Shown: positions 15,029 through 18,852 of the stretch, piece by piece
Layout: every line of letters starts with the position of its first letter
Position numbering within the stretch: the first letter of the stretch is position 1
From: Planctomycetota bacterium
GTDB lineage: Bacteria; Planctomycetota; SZUA-567; H5-PLA8
Length of the DNA stretch: 18,852 nucleotides
NCBI GenBank assembly: GCA_045863855.1
Contig: BTVV01000119.1
Location: forward strand, 1-18,852
Direction of reading: 5' to 3'
The notes under the pieces: model-generated
Seen by the model: the letters and a program-made list of their open reading frames with translations, nothing else
The model's database searches: none
Told to the model about the DNA's origin: nothing
Translations under genes and position numbers: made by a program

Positions 15029-16453
15029 TCAGCTCTCCGCACTCTCCACGCGCGCCGTCGGAACCGCAGAAGCCCGCTCGGCCCGCACCAGCCGCGAGAG
15101 CACCTTGTCCAGCAGCGCCAGCCCCTTGGCCGCTTCGGCCTTGGTCAGGCACAGCGGCGGACAGAAGCGCAACACCGCTTCGCCGGCGCCAAGCATGATC
15201 AGCCCCGCGTGGAAGAGTTCGTTCACCACGGCATCGCGGAGCGCCTTATCGGGCTTGCGCGTACGTCGGTCGGTGATGAACTCGATGCCCAACATCAACC
15301 CGCGGCCGCGCACGTCGCCGATCCGGTCGGGATGCTTTTTCTGGAGCGCCTTCAGCCGAGTGGTCATCCACGCGCCCACCTTGGCCGCGTTCTTCATATA
15401 GCCGCGTTCGATCAGATCGATCGAAGCCAGCGCCGCCCGGCAGCTTACGGGATTCCCGCCGAAGGTGCTGCCGTGCGCGCCTTCCAGCCAGTTCATCGCC
15501 TGCTGCCGTGCGATGATCGCCCCTAAAGGCATGCCCGAGGCGATGCCCTTCGCGACGCAGATGATGTCGGGCTCCACGTTGCTGTGCTCGATGGCGAACA
15601 TCTTGCCCGTGCGCCCGAAGCCCGTCTGGATTTCGTCGGCGACGAGCAGGATGCCGTGGCGGTCGCAGACTTCGCGCAGCGCGCGCAGATATCCTTCCGG
15701 CGGCACGATGTAGCCGCCCTCGCCCTGGATCGGCTCGACAAAGATCGCGGCCACTTCGTCGGGCGGGATCGTGGACTTGAAGAGCGTCTCTTCCAGCACG
15801 CTGATGCAGGCGAGCTGGCAGGTCGGGAAGGTCAGGTTGTAGGCGCAGCGATAGCAATGCCCGAACGGGATATGGTGGACTTCCGGCACCAGTGGCGCGA
15901 AGTGCGCGCGCTGGGAAATTTTGCTTCCGGTCAGCGAAAGCGCGCCGTACGTGCGCCCGTGGAAGCCGCCCAGGAACGCAATCACGCGCTGCCGCCCCGT
16001 GTGGTAGCGCGCGAGCTTGAACGCCGCTTCCACCGCCTCGGCGCCGCTGTTGGTGAAGAACACTTTCTTAGGCGAAGGCCCGGGCGCGATCTGGCACAGT
16101 TTTTCCGCGAGCTTCGATTGCGGCTCGTTGTAGTAGTCGCTGCCGCACATATGGAGCAGCTTGCCGGCCTGGTCGCGGATCGCGGCCACGACTTCCGGGT
16201 GGCAGTGCCCGGTACTGTTTACCGCGATGCCGGCTGTAAAATCGAGGAAACGGTTCCCGTCCAGGTCCTCCACCATGCAGCCCTGTGCGCGCTTCACGGC
16301 CAGCGGAATGTAGCGCGTGTAACACGGCGAGCTGTAGCGCCGGTCGAATTCGATGGCGCGCTTGGCTTTGGGGCCGGGCAGATCCGTGCGGATGTACGGC
16401 ACCGGCTTCGAAGCCGGCTTGGATTTTCGGGACGTGGTTTTGGTGCGGGGCAT
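15029..16453 (-). CDS. Class III PLP aminotransferase (GabT/acetylornithine aminotransferase family)
   Basis: ATG16453 preceded by AGGAG; the track extension to 16660 is probably not coding. Motifs DGNRFLDFTAGIAV, NSGAEAVEAAFK, FHGRT, EPIQGEGG, DEIQTGFGRTG, AKGIASG (PLP Lys), STFGGNP, VRGRGLM. Confidence 0.95.
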   Translation of the reverse strand: MPRTKTTSRKSKPASKPVPYIRTDLPGPKAKRAIEFDRRYSSPCYTRYIPLAVKRAQGCMVEDLDGNRFLDFTAGIAVNSTGHCHPEVVAAIRDQAGKLLHMCGSDYYNEPQSKLAEKLCQIAPGPSPKKVFFTNSGAEAVEAAFKLARYHTGRQRVIAFLGGFHGRTYGALSLTGSKISQRAHFAPLVPEVHHIPFGHCYRCAYNLTFPTCQLACISVLEETLFKSTIPPDEVAAIFVEPIQGEGGYIVPPEGYLRALREVCDRHGILLVADEIQTGFGRTGKMFAIEHSNVEPDIICVAKGIASGMPLGAIIARQQAMNWLEGAHGSTFGGNPVSCRAALASIDLIERGYMKNAAKVGAWMTTRLKALQKKHPDRIGDVRGRGLMLGIEFITDRRTRKPDKALRDAVVNELFHAGLIMLGAGEAVLRFCPPLCLTKAEAAKGLALLDKVLSRLVRAERASAVPTARVESAES

Positions 16454-16691
16454 GGTGCGCTCCTGTTGGCCTGTCGAACAATAGGCTTCTACCACATTCC
16501 TAAAAGGGCTGCACGTCGCAGGGCGTTCAGGGCTTCCGCGCCCTAAAATCCGCGCACCCGGCAATTTAAGCTTTCGGGCATTTCGCGGGACGGCTACACT
16601 TTTCGCCCACGCGCAGCGAACCCGTTGCGCAGGGCAAGCGCGACGGGAGCGCTTTGCCACCGCGGCCTATCATGGCCGGGAGAATGTAACG

Positions 16692-17582
16692 ATGCTGACC
16701 CTGACGTTTCTGGGCGTAGGTTCCGCGTTCGCCAAGCGCAACTTCAACTCCAACGCCCTCTTCGAGTTCTGGAAAAAACCGTGGAAGGGCGCCAAGCCCC
16801 CCACCCCGCCGGACGACACCTTGCTCGTCGATTTCGGCATGACCGGACCGCTGGCGATTCACGAGCTGAAGCAGAAGCCGGGCTTCGAGCACTTGCGCCA
16901 CGAAACCGGAATGAACAATTACACGGCCATACGCAAAGTGTTTATCACGCACCAGCATGCCGACCACATCGGCGGGCTCGAAGAAATGGCGTTGATGAAT
17001 TTCTTCGTCTTCAAGGACAAGAAATCCGGCAAGCCCTTCAAGTCCGAGCTGATCAGCACGATTAACATCCTCGTCAATCTGTGGGACCACTCGCTTAAGG
17101 GCGGCTTGAACACAATCCAGAACCGTTACTGCCTGCTCCAGGACTACTTTTTCATTCGCACCATGATTCCCGGGCAGCCCAAGAAAAATAACTTCAACAT
17201 GGGGCCGTACCGCTTCGAAATCTTCCCCACCGACCACGTGCAGATCGAACGCAAGTACGACTGGCCGTCGTACGGGCTGTACATCAAGCATACGCAGACG
17301 GGGCAGACGGTTTTCTACAGCGGCGATACGCGCTTCGACTTCCCGGCCTATTCCTCGATGCTCGAAGAAGCGTCGCTCTGTTTTCACGACTGCAATTTCT
17401 TCGACGATCCCGTGCACGCCTGGATCGAGGACCTCAAGACGCTGCCCGAAGAGATCCGGCGCAAGATGTACCTGTACCACTACGGCGACGGCTTCGATAA
17501 CCCCAGCCTTCAACCGTCCATCGCGCAGTTCAAGGGACTCACGCAGGCGCACCAGCGTTATGCGCTGTTCGACGGGAAATGA
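16692..17582 (+). CDS. Metallo-beta-lactamase-fold hydrolase (RNase Z / class II phosphodiesterase-like)
   Basis: FLGVGSAF, LLVDFG, THQHADHIGG (HxHxDH), TDHV, YSGDT, FHDC, VHA, LYHY. SD GGGAG upstream. Confidence 0.9.
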   Translation: MLTLTFLGVGSAFAKRNFNSNALFEFWKKPWKGAKPPTPPDDTLLVDFGMTGPLAIHELKQKPGFEHLRHETGMNNYTAIRKVFITHQHADHIGGLEEMALMNFFVFKDKKSGKPFKSELISTINILVNLWDHSLKGGLNTIQNRYCLLQDYFFIRTMIPGQPKKNNFNMGPYRFEIFPTDHVQIERKYDWPSYGLYIKHTQTGQTVFYSGDTRFDFPAYSSMLEEASLCFHDCNFFDDPVHAWIEDLKTLPEEIRRKMYLYHYGDGFDNPSLQPSIAQFKGLTQAHQRYALFDGK

Positions 17583-18046
17583 ACGCTGCACGTCCGCCCG
17601 GGTATGTGCTGCGTATAGCTCAGGAAGCCGACATTCCTGCCATCGAAGCGCTCGACCGCGAAAACATGCGTGCTCAGGTTGAACGATATTACCCGGGTTC
17701 GTGGGACGACCAAAGTTCGCGCGAATTGATCGTCAGGCATCTTGCGCAGGCACGCATCATGGATTTTGCGGGCCAAGCTGTAGGACATTTTTATTGGTGG
17801 CAAGATCCACCAGGCACGGCCATCCTGAATTCGATCCAGTTGCTGGAAGCACACCGGGGCCGCGGGCTGGGCGGTTGGATGCTGGCTGAGTTCGAGCGCG
17901 AAGCAATGGCCGCAGGCTGCCATACGGCTGAGTTGGCGGTCTTCGAAGACAATCGAGCCCGAAATCTTTACGCTCGCGCGGGCTACGCTCAAATCGGTAT
18001 GGATGGCCCGCACGCTTTTGTACTGGGAAAACGGCTCACACCTTAA
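17579..18046 (+). CDS. GNAT-family N-acetyltransferase
   Basis: ATGA overlap with the MBL gene stop. Acetyl-CoA motif A HRGRGLGGWML and C-terminal LAVFEDNRARNLYARAGY. Confidence 0.9.
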   Translation: MNAARPPGYVLRIAQEADIPAIEALDRENMRAQVERYYPGSWDDQSSRELIVRHLAQARIMDFAGQAVGHFYWWQDPPGTAILNSIQLLEAHRGRGLGGWMLAEFEREAMAAGCHTAELAVFEDNRARNLYARAGYAQIGMDGPHAFVLGKRLTP

Positions 18047-18852
18047 GCCGCAACGTGTACAGCTCGTCGATCCGCGCGGCTTGGCGCAGACGGCCCAGCA
18101 CTTCCTGAGGCACCGGGTCGTCCAGCGTCAGGGCCACCACCGCTTGCCCGCGCTTCTCGCGCCGGCCCACGGCCATGTTCGCGATGTTGATGTCCGCCTC
18201 GCCCAGGATCGTCCCGAACTTGCCCACCATCCCGGGGCGGTCTTCGTAGAACATCAGCAGCAAATGCTGCGAGGGTTTCAGGTCCAGCTCGAAATCGCCC
18301 ACGCGCACGATCCGCGCTTCGCGGTCGTCGAAGCACGTCCCGGCCAGCGTGAATTCGCCCTTCTCCGTCTCCACCGCCACCACCAGCAGGCTCGCGTAGG
18401 TGCTCGCCTTCGCCGACTGGTGCTCGACCAGCTCGATCCCGCGCGCTTCGGCGATCACGGGGGCATTCACCAGCGTAACGGGATCGGTGCTCGTGTTGCC
18501 CAGCAGCCCCTTCAGCGCGCAGAGGCTCAGCGGCTTGGTCTGCAACTGCGCGAGCTTCCCGTAGCTGCCCACCTTGACGGTGCGCACCGCGGCCGGCGCC
18601 ATCTGCGCGGCCATGGAGCCCAGCAATTCGGCCAGCCGCCCGTAGGCCAGCGTCTTGGGGTCCAGCGAGACCGAAAGGTTTACCGCGTTGCGCACCGCCC
18701 CGTCGCGGAAGTACTCCACGAACTGCCGTGCGATGTCTTCGGCGACGCGTTCCTGCGCTTCGGCGGTGCTGGCGCCCAGATGCGGCGTCAGGATCAGATT
18801 CGGCGCGCCGCGCAGCGGGCTGTCGGCGGCCAGCGGTTCCTGCGTGAACACG
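18036..18852 (-). CDS. serA: D-3-phosphoglycerate dehydrogenase, type I (ASB + ACT domains); 5'-truncated by window edge
   Basis: (D)VFTQEP, LILTPHLGASTAEAQERVA, NAVN, ASB-type VTLVNAPVIAEARGI, ACT domain YEDRPGMVGKFGTILGEADINIANM. The track start at 18851 is an internal Val. Confidence 0.96.
   Translation of the reverse strand, partial: VFTQEPLAADSPLRGAPNLILTPHLGASTAEAQERVAEDIARQFVEYFRDGAVRNAVNLSVSLDPKTLAYGRLAELLGSMAAQMAPAAVRTVKVGSYGKLAQLQTKPLSLCALKGLLGNTSTDPVTLVNAPVIAEARGIELVEHQSAKASTYASLLVVAVETEKGEFTLAGTCFDDREARIVRVGDFELDLKPSQHLLLMFYEDRPGMVGKFGTILGEADINIANMAVGRREKRGQAVVALTLDDPVPQEVLGRLRQAARIDELYTLRLKV

Noticed and set aside
15806..15856. Cys cluster CYRCAYNLTFPTCQLAC in the aminotransferase as a novel metal site
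   Set aside because: Similar Cys-rich loops are common in class III aminotransferases, so this is not distinctive.
15029..16453. Possibility that the enzyme is a fold-type I amino-acid racemase/epimerase
   Set aside because: It keeps EPIQGEGG (Glu switch) and FHGRT of omega-transaminases; the racemase subgroup typically has Asp at that Glu. Exact substrate left unassigned.
16454..16660. 69-aa N-terminal extension of the aminotransferase
   Set aside because: ATG16453 has an AGGAG SD; the extension spans the divergent intergenic region.
10318..17591. Long antisense ORFs (10318-11805, 11998-12669, 15584-16546, 16566-17591)
   Set aside because: Antisense mirrors of the GH, phoU, aminotransferase and MBL genes caused by codon bias.
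1..18852. CRISPR array, IS/transposase, prophage, defence or toxin-antitoxin system
   Set aside because: No spaced repeats, terminal inverted repeats, recombinase or nuclease motifs were seen. The GNAT has no adjacent RHH/DUF1778 antitoxin.

Overview
GC-rich bacterial chromosomal window, mostly housekeeping genes plus lineage-specific genes. The PilC N-terminus, a signal-peptide+HEAT protein and Lys/Ala-rich tails suggest Planctomycetota/PVC (inference). Gene order: ppdK (5'-truncated, with a 48-aa Lys/Ala tail) > terminator > membrane protein with a possible HmuY-like C-terminal domain >< truB < duplicated-module membrane protein < secreted HEAT-motif protein <> stand-alone pilC/gspF with its own promoter and terminator > Rrf2 regulator with atypical Cys ligands > secreted clan GH-A glycoside hydrolase with EF-hand-like loops >< phoU <> DUF47 > PiT phosphate transporter fused to an FN3-like domain >< class III aminotransferase <> MBL-fold hydrolase > GNAT >< serA (5'-truncated). 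I saw no tRNA/rRNA, CRISPR array, transposase/integrase or defence system. The best candidate for an undescribed system is the Pst-less phosphate module: phoU divergent from DUF47-pit, 11-bp-phased repeats over the pit promoter, and a PiT carrying an FN3 domain with a highly basic insert. All family calls come from motif recognition by eye; no searches were run.
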